Below the pieces are notes generated by a model. That model was given only the letters and a program-made list of their open reading frames with translations, did not search any database and was not told the DNA's origin. A program made the position numbers and the translations under genes. Positions 13,414-26,245 of a stretch of DNA of 64,000 bases are shown in pieces; position 1 is the stretch's first letter, and every line of letters starts with the position of its first letter. Source of the DNA: Octopus vulgaris (lineage: Eukaryota); assembly GCA_951406725.2 (NCBI GenBank), contig OX597814.1:199516001-199580000 (forward strand), given 5' to 3'.

Positions 13414-13731
13414 TATGTAGAAATATACCGTTACATACATAGATGTACATAAACACAGGCGTACAGGGATGTTCCCATGCGTAGTTGCATATATAGCCAA
13501 AGCACGCACATACACACGTACTTGAAAGGACAGAGAAAATTATTTGGATATCTAAAGTTTAATGAAAAAGCGAAATCTGTCAACGTAAAATTGACTTTTG
13601 TCGCTTCTATTTAATATTGATTAAATTTTTATTTGTAATAGTTACACATTTAATTTACAGCATTGAATGAGATCCATTTTCTGGAATTCTAAAAAGCCAC
13701 ATTAAACAAATTAAAAATGTATATTCCTGTA

Positions 13732-14150
13732 GGCACGGAGGCAGATGTATGATAAAAGATGGCTTCCCAGTCTCATGGTTCCGTGTTCAGTCCCACTGTG
13801 TGGCACTTTAGGCCAAATATCTTTTTTTATTGCCTTGAGCCGAGTGAAGCCTTGTGAGTAGATTTGGCAGACGGAAACGGAAAGAAACCCATCATGTGCG
13901 TGAATGTATTGAATGTAGGTATGTGTGTGAATGTATTGAATGTGCATATGTGTTTGCTCGTTTGTCCTCCATTATCATTTGAAAACCGGTGTTGGTTTGC
14001 TTATTCCCCAGTAACTTAGCTGTTCGACAAAAGATTCCGATATAATCTGTACCGGGCTTAACAAATAAACATCGGGGTCGATCTATTCGACTAAACTCGT
14101 CAAGACGGTGCCACAGCATGACTGCAGTCCAATTACTAGAACAACTAAGG
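13732..14150 (+). mobile_element. SINE family A, diverged copy
   Basis: Colinear with family A (GTTCAGTCCCACTG, GCCTTGTGAGT, GGGGTCGAT, CAGCATGACTGCAGTC). Confidence 0.8.
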
Positions 14151-14372
14151 AAAGAGAAAAGGAAAGTATTGTGACACCATGCTTTTAACCTGGTAACCCG
14201 CTTACATTCCATTATTGGTCCAGTATTAAGGTTCTGTCCAGATTGGTCCGCTCCTGCCGCATAATCTACCAGGATTTCGTCCCATCTCACAAATCTTCTC
14301 TAAACTGCGAACTGCAAAGTTCAAAACAAGCATCAGTCGCGTCGCCCTCACCCGTCTAAAGCACCTTTAAGA

Positions 14373-14747
14373 TAGATGGATGGAAGCACTCCGTCGGTTA
14401 CGATGATGAGGGTTCCAGTTGATCCGATCAACGGAACAGCCTGCTCGTGAAATTAACGTGTAAGTGGCTGAGCACTCCACAGACACATGTACCCTTGACG
14501 TAGTTCTCGAGGAGATTCAGTGTGACAAGGCCGGCCCTTTGAAATACAGGTACAACAGAAACAGGAAGTAAGAGTGAGAAAGTTGTGGTGAAAGAGTACA
14601 GCAGGGATCATCACCATCCCCTGCCGGAGCCTCGTGGAGCTTTAGGTGTTTTCGCTCAATAAACACTCACAACGCCCTGTGTGGGAATCGAAACCGCGAT
14701 CCTACGACCGCGAGTCCGCTGCCCTAACCACTGGGCCATTGCGCCTC
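14373..14747 (-). mobile_element. tRNA(Arg)-like-headed SINE, family C
   Basis: Minus head GAGGCGCAATGGCCCAGTGGTTAGGGCAGCGGACTCGCGG...GGTTTCGATTCC; 11-bp TSD CACCTTTAAGA; homologous to 42584-42973. Confidence 0.9.
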
Positions 14748-16499
14748 CACCTTTAAGAATACTGGCGTTCTCTTTCTAAAGGAGTAATCTAGTTTTTGTA
14801 TAGTAAAGTGTATCTCAAGCAACTAATATAATTCTCTCCTGATATTTTATTGCATATGTTATCTCGTGCTACACAACATATTTAAACTAAAAAGAAAAAA
14901 ACTATTAAAATGTCTTTTCTCTTTATCGCTTAAACTGTCGTAGTCTTGTCTCATGTATCAAATTCGATTCACTCTCTTTTATCGACTTCTCAATTGAATT
15001 TATTGTGAAGTGGAATAGAATTTAAATCATTAAATAATTATTCAATATTTTAAAATAAATTGTTTTGCAGTATTTTGAATAGAGCATAGCTTATCACAAG
15101 CGACAATATGTTGCCGAAGATGTCTGCCTGTAAGCGCGTGTTTATATGTGTGGGTGTATGTTGTAATTTGTTTGAATAAGATTGAAAGTATCGATGGCTG
15201 GGGTTGAATAGGTGCATATCATATACTTTGAGATTTCATTTTTTTTTCTTTTGGTACCATGTTATTTGATCTCTAAATTGTGGTGTAGAGATTGCTCAAA
15301 CAAATGCATTAAACCTATACTTACCGTAGTTTTGTATACAACGGGATGTGCAGATAGAACCGGTGGGTCCGATTCCAACATTCAACCAGTTTCGTTTCCA
15401 GACCCGCTGAACAGGTCACAAACATGGCTTTGTATTTATGTACTTCAACGACCATTGCTCCCGATTGCTCTATAAACGCAGAGCTGCAGTGGTAAATTGG
15501 CGGAGTCGTTAGAAAGTCGGACAGAACGATTCGCTGTATTGTTTCCGACTCTGCGCCATAGGCTTAATACTTACCCAGGTGAACTTAACCATTTATCGCT
15601 TCAGCGTCAATAAAAATGTTACTCTCAGAGGTAATGCACTGGCAAAGATGTAAGAACGTCGAAGCAGATGTTCTGCAATATTTATTCTGGCCCTTTGCAC
15701 TCTGAGTTCAAATCACAACATTGCCTACTTGTAAGAGTAAGACTTAACCAATCTTTAACATTGCCATCTGGTACCTTGAGTACCTTCTGGTACCATCTGG
15801 TCCCTCCAGCAGAGTCTACTCTGTGCATGATTTCCAGGCAGATTTATGGTTTAAGGAAACTTTGTTCACACCTCACTCTCTTTCTCCCATCTCGGGAACC
15901 CCATGACATGTCACGGTTACTGCCTAAGTTGCCTGATTCTTTAATCCAAATCTTTACTCCAAAGTCTGTGTGGCCTACATATTTCAACCTTATGGTGCTC
16001 GTATTTTCATTTATACCGTGAGCAGAACATGAATACTAGGAGACAGAACTGTGAAATATTCACGGTTTAAACAAAGTATTTGCTTACTAACCTTAAATTT
16101 CATTTTATATTATGTAACATAAAGTAATAACAGTTAAACCGTACCCCTCCACTATGCACCGATTCTTTAAACCTTGATTATTCCCTCATTTCACCCTGTA
16201 ACTTCCTCATTATTTCTATAACATTGCTTGTTCCACGTTGTGTTTTCCCTGCGGTGAGTACAGGTTACATTCTTAGAACCAACGGTACTAGCCGTTATAT
16301 CTCAGTTAACGCGGTTCTTTCAAAAAAAAAAAAAACGATGCGTTTCTTCTGTTGATGAATGCCTTCAAGTGTTGCATGTGTCTAACTTTGAAAGTCCCAC
16401 TTCTTGTTCCAAGGCCGGTTTTGTCCCTTTGTCTCTCTTTCAATAATTTTGCCTTGTAGATCATGTTTTTCCAGTAGCTTTCCATTCAACAACTTAAGG

Positions 16500-16530
<31 letters not shown>

Positions 16531-16532
<2 letters not shown>

Positions 16533-16925
16533 CGCAGGAGTAGCTGTGTGGTAAGTAGCTTGCTAACCAACCACATGGTTCCGGGTTCAGTCCCACTGCG
16601 TGGCACATTGGGCAAGTGTCTTCTGCTATAGCCCCGGGCTGACCAATGCCTTGGTAGACGGAAACTGAAAGAAGCCTGTCGTATATATGTATATGTATGT
16701 ATGTATGTATGTGTGTGTGTCTGTGTTTGTGTCCCTAGCATTGCTTGACAACCGATGCTGGTGTGTTTACGTCCCCGTCACTTAGCGGTTCGGCAAAAGA
16801 GACCGATAGAATAAGTACTGGGCTTACAAAGAATAAGTCCCGGGGTCGATTTCCTCGACTAAAGGCGGTGCTCCAGCATGGCCGCAGTCAAATGACTGAA
16901 ACAAGTAAAAGAGTAAAAAAGAGTA
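16531..16925 (+). mobile_element. SINE family A flanked by (TA)n
   Basis: Colinear with family A, small internal deletion. Confidence 0.9.
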
Positions 16926-16927
16926 TG

Positions 16928-16962
<35 letters not shown>

Positions 16963-18812
16963 CGACCAAATTGAAACGAGGAAAACAAGATACATGATCT
17001 GGAGCAAACAGTGAACCGCGCTTGATAACCAAAAACACTTAGAAACAAGAAAACGATGCATAGATATAATAAGATAGTGAAGACGACGAACGAAAACCCA
17101 TTACAATCAACGAATTAACACAAGAAGCAATAACTAGTGATATCAAGAAAAAATATACCAAAACAACATGGGGGAGCAATTTATGTAAACATGCCAAAAC
17201 AACGAACTCTCTTAATTTTATATAAAACGCAGAAAGAAAATTATTGCTTACCTGTATATTGCAATGGTATCAGACACGATCACGATAAAAAGATTTTCTG
17301 ATTAAATAATGGTTTACTCTAAAAAGGGTTGAGTGTTTTCTAGTATGTGTATATGTATGTGTGTATTCGTATAATCTCAGCAGTTGATAATTGTTTTCAT
17401 TATTTAGATTTCGAAAACACGTGAAGAATGTTTCATAATTAAAATGAATATCGACAGTTTGATGGCGTGAATACTCTTTAGAAAGAAACATCAATCTGCG
17501 AAAATTATTTATATAAATAAACATAAACTATTCAGAACGGAAATTATTTCTCTTGGAAAGGTCTGGAATGTAGATTACCTTAGGTGCAAATCTTATTACC
17601 TGCGCAAATGTTAAACAACAAATTGTGCGTTTATTTCTTCACCATTTGTAACCATGGCTACGAATGAAACATAAAATAGATTTTGTGTTGTTTGACAAGC
17701 AACTGGAAAAAGCTTAAATCTGTAATGTTAATCAGACAACTTCAAATTGTTGCCAATATTGTTGGATTTCGTTTGGATGAGATTCAAAGTATCGATGACT
17801 GAGAAATTGAAATTTGTTCAGGGGATGCCAATAACCTTTTATCTTGGAGTCAGCTCTGGGTGTTCAGAAAATGAAAAGTAATTTGAGGTTGCTGAGTTCA
17901 GAGCTTCATAAAAGGTATTAAAATGTTATCTAAGAGAGTGCTAAAAGGAAATAAAAGAAAGGATTACCATAAACGGAGAAATAGAATAACAAAGAGGCGT
18001 GTTGGAATGAATCGAGAAGGTAAAACACAGAAAAAAGAAAATAAACGAAAATAAACGAAAATAAATGAAAATAAATATTGTGAAATGGTGCAGAGAAAAA
18101 AAGCAAGCAAAGAATGTAATTAAAGCTGGGAAATAAGAATAGTAAATGCTTGAAAACAAGTATTGGAAAGGGACTGAGTAAATGAGAGAGTACACTGACA
18201 GGTTTGCTGAAAGACTTAGTAGTAACAAAATGCAAACACTTTCCAGTATTTTACTGGTCCGGACTACTTCTGCTCATAGCTAATACAGCTGGACTTTATG
18301 TATTATAGTTGAGTAGTTCGAGATGCACACGAAATTGTAATTTGTATTGCAAATACTCTTAAAATATTATGAGTTGTCAAATATCAAATTATTATTGTTG
18401 ATCTGTTGGCAGCTTGAGTCGGCCTTTCAAATTCGAGTTAACTTCACTTCTGCCATGATAAACTTCTACGGCAAAAGGTTTACAGTTACGAAGCTATTTT
18501 GAAAACATTTGTTTATACATAATGTTACCTCAGTAAAGATGCCGAAAATAATTTACAATAGATCTCCTATGTAGATGCACATATACATGTGTGTAAAATA
18601 TACGTATGCCTCGGACTAATGAATTTCTTATGGGTGGGATTAATTTGGCAGGCGTACACAGTGATGGAGTCATGTATGTATGTATGTATGTATGTATATA
18701 TGTATGTCTAAGCATGATCCAAGGATCCTGGTATAGGAAATTAGTAAAATTCTATCATTTATGCACCTAGTATAAATGATATAAGGTATACGAGTGTAAA
18801 GAAAGGAGCAGG

Positions 18813-19084
18813 TAAAGCATGGATCACAATCATATCATAGCTAAAACGATGTTAGTTGCATAACTTATAACGTATAAAATCTTCTGGGTTAATCTTCAGG
18901 TCTTATTTCCAACTTGACATTCATGCTGTGGCTAATTTGATAAATCATTTTTCCATCTCAGCGTGACAATGTAAACAACTTTAAGGTAATAAGATCTGAA
19001 AATTAACAAAGCAGGTTTTGTGCATGTTAGAAGTTATGTAACCAACATTGTTTTAGCTATGAAACAATTGTAGTCCATGCTTTA
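18813..19084. repeat. Old fold-back / MITE-like inverted repeat
   Basis: TAAAGCATGG..TCATAGCTAAAAC..CATAACTT..TCTTATT matches the reverse complement of 18985-19084. Confidence 0.8.
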
Positions 19085-19452
19085 ATTGGGTGAGCGTCAG
19101 AACCATGTATTGAGAGGAATTCTGTGGGGTTTGAATAATTCACTTCTAGAAGCATGGGTGTTTCATTCACCATCCTTAAACAAACCTTATTCAGGGACCT
19201 TTTGAGCGGGATGAGCCACTCGACCTGAAGAGAATTTTAATTGGGCCCCATCTGCAAGGTCATGTGCTGCTTATCTTGATATTAGATCACCATATCACGG
19301 ACATATGGTTGTAATGCTTGGGGCCTGGTGAACCCTTATCAGACGTGTAGTCATGATGGGTAATATTGCACTTAGCAAACTAGTGTCACATTGATGGCAT
19401 GCGTTGCTCTCTGATCAATGATAATAATAATAATTATTATTATTATTATTAT

Positions 19453-19667
19453 TATTCTTTCCACTAAAGGCACAATGCTTGAAATTTTGGAGGCAGGGAA
19501 AAGTCGACAACATCGACACCAGTGTTTCACTGGTACTTAATTTATCGATCCCGAACGATGAAAGACAAAGTCAACCTCAGCGGAATCTGAACTCAGAAAC
19601 TAAAGACAGGCGAAATGCCACTAAGCGTTTCGTCCAGCGTGCTAATGATACTGATAGCTCGCCGCTT
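19453..19667 (-). mobile_element. SINE family B (Meta-domain-like), diverged
   Basis: Reverse complement matches 25762-25994. Confidence 0.75.
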
Positions 19668-19699
19668 TACTATTAATAATAAAAATAATGATAAAAAAA

Positions 19700-20480
19700 G
19701 AAAAGGCATGGAAGGAAAAGGCAATGTATGATCAGTTTGCAAGAACGCCATGACAGATACAAAAGACCGGTGGTTGTGAGTGAGGAGGAGTGGCGTGAAG
19801 ATAGACAGAAGTACTCATATGTGCAGCTCTGGAACAAGCGTTAAGGACCAACTATATGAAGTGCAGAATAGACAGCACTACCGATAGCGACAAATGCAGA
19901 ATGAGTGATGAGAGGTGTGAAACGTTATGGTATATCGTTAGCGATTGCTCGAAATTGGCACACCGCGAATGCAAAATACGCCATGACAATGTGGCAAGAC
20001 ATTGGGATGTCTGTGGAAATCACGATCTACAAATAACAAAGACGTGGTATGAGAAAAACCCAGAAGGAGTTACGTTAAATGAGAATTGCAGAATCCTGTG
20101 GGATGGAATGATCCAGTGCGATCATCCAACCAGACACAGGACGCTGGACATTGTTGTGGCGAATAAAAAAGAAAGAACACGTATGATAATCAACATAGCA
20201 TGCACCGATAACAATAGGAGCAATGTGAAAGAAGAAATTAAGCAGACAACTATGATGATTTGAAGTGGGAAATACGAAGGTTGTGATCAATGAAGTAATT
20301 AGACGTGATAGCAATAGTAATTGGTGCACTTGGAAATATCAACACTCAATTACCAACATGGCTGAAAAAGATTGGTGCAAGTGTGAAGGTAGAACATCTA
20401 CAACAATCGGCATTGCTTGGAACTGCAAGAATTCTTCGCAGGGTTCTTGAAGCAGACAAGTAAAACAAGTGTCACCTTAG
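19700..20480 (+). pseudogene. 3' fragment of an R4/Dong-like non-LTR retrotransposon (Zn knuckle + RLE endonuclease)
   Basis: EQALRTNYMKCRID..KCRM..ETLWYIVSDC..RHDNVA..ILWD..TLDIVV..IVIGALG..LLGTARILRRVL, with frameshifts; TAA-rich left flank. Confidence 0.85.
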
Positions 20481-20489
20481 TCTGTTGTC

Positions 20490-20910
20490 TTTATTTATCC
20501 GTTCTTGTATAGGAATTGTTTCCTTCCACTGCTAGATGGGGAAAACCGTGAATTTGGTTGGAGAATCCCTGCACATCTATCAATACGTTCATTTAGTGGT
20601 ATCTGTCTATACTTTGGGAAATGGATCTATTCCTTATACAGGGTAATTCTCCGTCTAAGGGACATCCTTGTTTGGCCAATATAGTTATATCCACAACCTG
20701 AACAGGTTCTCACGTAAATTAGATTTTCGGATACACAAGTGAAATTGGTCTTAATTGTGAATCTCTGTTCGTGTTTGAAATGGAATTCCGAAGGTAGTGG
20801 GTGTCATGAAATAGAAAGTAATTGTTCTGGAAGAGAACTTTTAAAGTTTCAATAAAAACCTAGTTCATGCGCTCTGGAATTTCTTCGAGATGATTTTGTA
20901 ACCAGAATTT
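20490..20910 (-). pseudogene. Decayed Penelope-like GIY-YIG endonuclease fragment
   Basis: Minus strand NFTCVSENLIYVRTCSGCGYNYIGQTRMSLRRRITLYKE*IHFPKYRQIPL aligns by eye with NMKCKSRNLIYCIKCPNCEEIYVGQT...QIRDPEVRQIPL of the 27552 ORF. Confidence 0.85.
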
Positions 20911-23900
20911 AAGTACTTCTATTCCATATATATATATGTGTGTGTGCGTGTACGCGCGTATGTATGCCTGTATGTATGTATATATTTGTGTGTGTATACT
21001 GTTGTAATGATTTTGTATATATTTTCGAGAAAGACACAGACGTGCATTATTATTATTTTTAAAGGAAAGAGGTGCAGCTTAGAGAATTTCGAGCACTGCA
21101 TTCATCAAATTGGTTCCTGACTGACTGAAATCAGTCAATCGAATAGTTTCTTTTTATACAAAAACCTCGTGACAATGAACATCACATCATCACATTTCCC
21201 TCTTTAGAATTCTGAAGAATTTTCATTTAGAAACAGAAATCACATTTTGAATTTGTGGCCAGTGTTTTAGAACAATAAGAAAGCTCTGGGAAAAGTGAGT
21301 CTGCGAGCAGCTTTCTGTTCGTTGTTATAGTTAATTAAATTCACTTGTGGTGGTCGTATAATATTATTCTCTTCTCCATATGAACCTGACTAGTGTCTAG
21401 CTATAAAATCAATATAATACTAAACTTGTGGAGCAAATATTTTTTGTAAAAGATGAGACATTTTCTTAACATAAAGCAAGCAATTGAATCTTATAATACT
21501 CAAGGCAAAGAATTTTAAATTGTATTTGTTCATTCTTTTAACCAGAATATTTGAGAAATATGATGAAAGCGTTCTGACGCTTTAGTTTATAGGAGCAGAT
21601 TTCACCATCTTGAATTGATAGATTTTGTAAAACAGGAAAATCCAGGCTAGAAGCTAATAGTTTTCCGGAATGTTTCTTATATCAAATATTATAGCTAAAG
21701 GCTGACAAAATTTCCTTTCTTTCTCTCTCTCTTTCTCCCCTATTTCACTCTCTTTCTTCCCTTTCTCTCACAATGACATCTTTCTGTTTTCAGTATCTCT
21801 TCAAGAAACATTCCCCTCCAATACTTACTGTTTTCTTCCCACATCTTAATTATCAACTAAAGTGATATGGTATTTTTTTCTCTCCGCGTAACCCAATCAG
21901 ATTTATTTTCATTTTCACAGTTACTACGAATATGTAATAAAAAGAAAAGTAGTATATCTATGAAAGAAGTTTCCAGTACTTAATACTAGGAATGTTCTTT
22001 TCGTATAACACTCTTATAAAATGTCAAGTTATACGTGTAACATGTAGAGATTCAGATGTGCTTAATGAGAAAATGCACGAAAATTCTAATAAAAATATGA
22101 TTACAATCTACAAATAATTTGAAATCCAATTTCAGCAGACCTATTAGGTATATGATAAAAAGAGAATTTGATATAGGTTAATGAATCTAACCGTATTATT
22201 CAGATATACCATGTTGCATTTATTGTATTTTATGATATGGATTAAGTCATAAATTTCTTTCCTTATCAGTTCTTTATTCATTTGGATTTGAAGAACTCAA
22301 ACTATTAGTGTCTTCTGTTCACTTTGCTTTTCGTCCTTATGCATTCATATTTCAGTATATTTTCCCTCTGTCTGACATTTGAGGTTTGTTAATGTTATCA
22401 TCCTTCGTGATAATCAGTCACCTCTGTCATCGGAGAGATTTGATTACTTTGTAACGCAATTTTTACAACTAATTCGTAACGCAACTTTTAAACGCAAAAT
22501 CAGTGGTATTAATTCAAGAGGAAAATATATCTTTTTTTTCATTTACCATTTTCTGTCGGTATGTGTGTTCCGTAAGCTTTATCTTTGAGTGAAATAAAGA
22601 TTTTTTCCTTTTTTTTTTCAGAATTTACGTTTTTGCTGTAATCATTGCGCTGATTTTCGAATTAAAACTTTGCTATGATAACAAAAAAAATTATATGAAA
22701 TTAAATCAAATATATATATAAACCACTCTGTCTAATTTCCTTAATACTAATTATACGTTCAATGATCGTAGCTCTCTCAGTAACACGAACTCTTTCGTAT
22801 TACGAACCAATCAAATGTCAGTTGTTTCGTGATCACAATATAAAACAATTGTGATTGGTTTAAAATGACATTTTAAGTTCAGCAAGACAAAACCACGTGA
22901 CAAAGTAAACAATTTACTTTTTTTATTTAACTAATTACTTTCTATGCAGCATCAATTGTTGTTTAAAATATTATTTCGAAATATCTTCAGTTTTTTTTTT
23001 TTAAATGGGAATTTTTGGATTTTTTTTAATAAGGAGTTGTTGAATTTACATATGAATTAATTTCATGTGTATTGGGAAAAAATCTTTTGCAATGATAGAA
23101 TTTATTGAAATGTTCATAAATTCTTATAAACTTGATTACTTCAAGAAATATGGGATATTAATTGAATAACAGTGCAAAAATAAATTATTTCTAAATTGAA
23201 TTAATAACCAGATTTGTATCGTATTTTGAAATTGCACTGAAATTTTTAATAAAACTGCCTGAAATTGTTAATATGAGAAACCAACACGAATATTTAAAAG
23301 AAAAAAAAATGGCAGCAGTGAATTAAATATCTGCACAGTAATATTTACTTGAATTAATTAATAAAAAAATCACTATTTAAATAATTTAAATAAGATGTCA
23401 AAACTCGTCTTTACTTGCGCTTTAAGCTCTTTAATAGAAATCTTGGTCTCTTTTATTCCTATATATATCTTCTTTACTATTTTCCTTACTGTTTGTGGAA
23501 GTATATATTTATATTAGTCAGAGAAGGAACACCATAAATGAACTTTGTAGGTCAGTCTAATTTGAAATCAATGCAGTAGATACTCATTTTGAACTTTTCA
23601 TGTTCGATGCTTATAAAAATCGTGGATACAAAGAGAATTTTAGTAGAGTAGGATCAGACATGTTCAACATTAAACGTTATCTATTTTAGATTGCCAAAGA
23701 GACCGTCATAAATTGTGAGATTATCACTTATCACTGCTGAGTCTGAATTTGTTGCTTTCTATACATAAGTAGGGTGTACTTCTACGATGTCTTTGATGTG
23801 TATAATAATTGTGTCATGGTAGCTTAAGCAAAATGTTGCTTTGTAGTGGTTTGGTTATTTTCAATAGATCGCTGTATAAGCTTCAGATGTTTTCATCGTC

Positions 23901-24029
23901 ACGAACACGTTCATTTTTTTTTTTTTGTGTGTGTGTAGAGGTTTCAGCAAGTGAATGGTTATTTGATCTTCTTAGAAGTGTGTACGTTTTATCATTTTAG
24001 TCAGGAAAGAATGGCAATGCCCATAGCTT

Positions 24030-24600
24030 TTTACAGGACCTCCAAAATTGGTGGGAAGGGGGAAGGTATCTTCAAACAGGAGACCTTCAGTTTTTTAGTT
24101 GTAGTTCTAACCGGATGATAAATTGAGTCTGCCAATAATATAAAGTAGATATTTAATGAAAGAATAATGTGAGCATCGAGGATAAGTCGAGAAAGGGGGT
24201 GAGGGAGTTGGAAAGTGATAAGAGAGGCCTTCACGATATCGAAATTGACATAATCGAGCAGCATTTGGTGGTTAGAGGAGCTCTCGTAAATGTAACCATA
24301 CCAGAAGATCTAAGAGAAGAATCTAGAAGAATTGTAAACAGAAACATTTATTCAGAATAACTTGAAGACTTTAATGTTGATAATCAAGTAAGAAGTGCTG
24401 AGGTGATGGGAGTAGAGTGTACTTAAGATTATAACATTACAGGAAGAAGTTAGAATATGTGTAGTCTGAGCAAGAAAGGGGTACAAGGTATGTGTATCTC
24501 AGAGAGGAATAGAATATAGATATTGTACATTAGATGTTCGGGAAGACTCAACGTTTAAACGTAGTTCACAGAGAGAAGTGTACAAGTGGTATATTGTCCA
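24030..24600 (-). pseudogene. Possible highly decayed LINE AP-endonuclease fragment
   Basis: Weak motif resemblance only (SETH, GYIYESSSNHQMLLDYV, AHIILSLNI). Confidence 0.3.
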
Positions 24601-24631
24601 AAACAATTTTTAGCACACGAAACTATCATGC

Positions 24632-24931
24632 GTGGAGGCATGATGGCCTAGTGGTTAGAGCAGCGGACTCGCCGTCGAGGGATCGCGGGTTCGAATCTCA
24701 GACCGGGCGATGTGTGTGTTTATGAGCGAAACACCTAAGCTCTAAATATGTGGCTCCGGGCAGAAGGTAATGGCGAACTTCTGCTGAATCTTTCACCTCA
24801 ACTTCCTCTCACTCTTTCCTCCTGCATCTTGCAGCTCACCTGCGACGGACCGGCGTCTCTTCCAGGTGGGGTACCAAGGAAACCGGGAAGCCGACCCTTA
24901 AGAGCCAGGCATGGCTCGAGAAGGAACAAAC
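24632..24931 (+). mobile_element. tRNA-headed SINE related to family C, different tail
   Basis: A box TGGCCTAGTGG, B box GGTTCGAATC, and GAGCGAAACACCTAAGCTC shared with family C. Confidence 0.85.
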
Positions 24932-25611
24932 ATCAGAATAACTGCGCTTCCCAATTGCAATTTTTTTAATCGTTTCATTGTATGACTAAAGTAATTTTAC
25001 AATGCAATTCCGGTCTCCCTCTTAAATTTAGTCTTTATTAGAGTAGCCATCTATTCTATACATGATAGGTTTTGATTCATAGAATTTTGAGTTTTATTTC
25101 ATTTTGTTATTTTACTGCAAAACAACCAGCCGAAAAGGATGCAGAATAATTATTTAAATTAACAGAACTCGTTTTCCCGTCACTATTTTTACACTCTCTG
25201 TAGGAATGTGATGCGAAGGCGCACCTCCTAACAATGAAGGCAAAGCGCTCGCAAAGTTCATTGGTTCCATTCCTGAGCCGCCGAGCCGAGCGTTATATCT
25301 TTAAGCAAGGTGTCACCTTTCTCAATTCTCTAGTGTACACTGCTGAAATAAGTACCAATCGAGCGCCACTGCAGCGTTCTTTGTCTGCACCAGTCACATC
25401 CCAGAGGTTCCACTGTGTCAAAGACGGGGGCTGACTTTATCGGCTGGCGACAGCATAGAGACCTAAGACAACTGGTGAAAGTTTGATATGCTAACATGTC
25501 ACACCTGCTTGTCAGTGATGGCCTTAGATGTTTTCTTTTATAAGTAGCTTAAATTATGGCGTCCATGTTCTAAAATACCATTTTGTGTGTGTGTGTGTGT
25601 GTGTGAGAGAA

Positions 25612-25642
<31 letters not shown>

Positions 25643-25761
25643 TGAAAGTACTCTTTGTATTCTCGAAAGCATTGGCGTTATTCAGTGATGATTGTTTGAG
25701 AATATAAAACATTTGATAGGTCATACTCGTATATCTCCATTAGTGTTAAAGGTATTTTAGG

Positions 25762-25994
25762 AAGGCAGCGAGCTGGCAGAAACGTTAGCACGCCGGGCGA
25801 AATGCTTTTCGGTATTTCGGCTGCTGCTACGTTCTGAGTTAAAATTCCGCCGAGGTCGACTTTGCCTTTCATCCTTTCGTGGTCCATTAAATAAGTACCA
25901 GTTACGCACTGGGGTCGATGTAATCGACTGAATCCGTTTGTCTGTCCTTGTTTGTCCTCTCTATGTTTAGCCCCTTGTGGGTAGTAAAGAAATA
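25762..25994 (+). mobile_element. SINE family B with a MetaSINE-like central domain
   Basis: GAGGTCGACTTTGCCTTTCATCCTTTC...AAGTACCAG resembles the Meta domain; TSD-like GTATTTTAGGAAG at 25752-25764 and 25996-26008. Confidence 0.85.
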
Positions 25995-26062
25995 AGTATT
26001 TTAGGAAGAGGAATTAATCTCAAGTAGATTCTTCATTTTGACACCACCTCACTCACATGACA

Positions 26063-26245
26063 TCGAACCCGCGATCCCTCGACCGCGAGTCCGCTACTCT
26101 AACCACTAGGCCATGTGCCTCCACGCATGATAGTTTAGTGTATTAAAAATTGTTTTGGACAATATACCACTTGTACACTTTAAACGTTGAGTCTTCCCGA
26201 ACATCTAATGTACAATGTTTATATGCTATTCCTCTCTGAGATACA
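26063..26245 (-). repeat. Inverted duplicate of 24493-24694 (SINE head plus its flank)
   Basis: Reverse complement aligns at high identity apart from an indel of about 18 bp. Confidence 0.9.

Noticed and set aside
19090-19435. Probable interspersed repeat ending in (TAA)n
   Set aside because: Single copy in the window with no diagnostic motif, so it cannot be classified from this sequence.
22965-22995. Minus-strand CTGAAGA-TATTTC-GAAA motif
   Set aside because: No stem II, and the flanking pairing is only A/T runs, so it is likely chance.
24632-24710. tRNA-Arg-like sequence with A and B boxes (also 14680-14747, 26063-26122 and 42584-42655)
   Set aside because: These are SINE heads continuing into SINE bodies, some with TSDs, and lack a proper acceptor stem.
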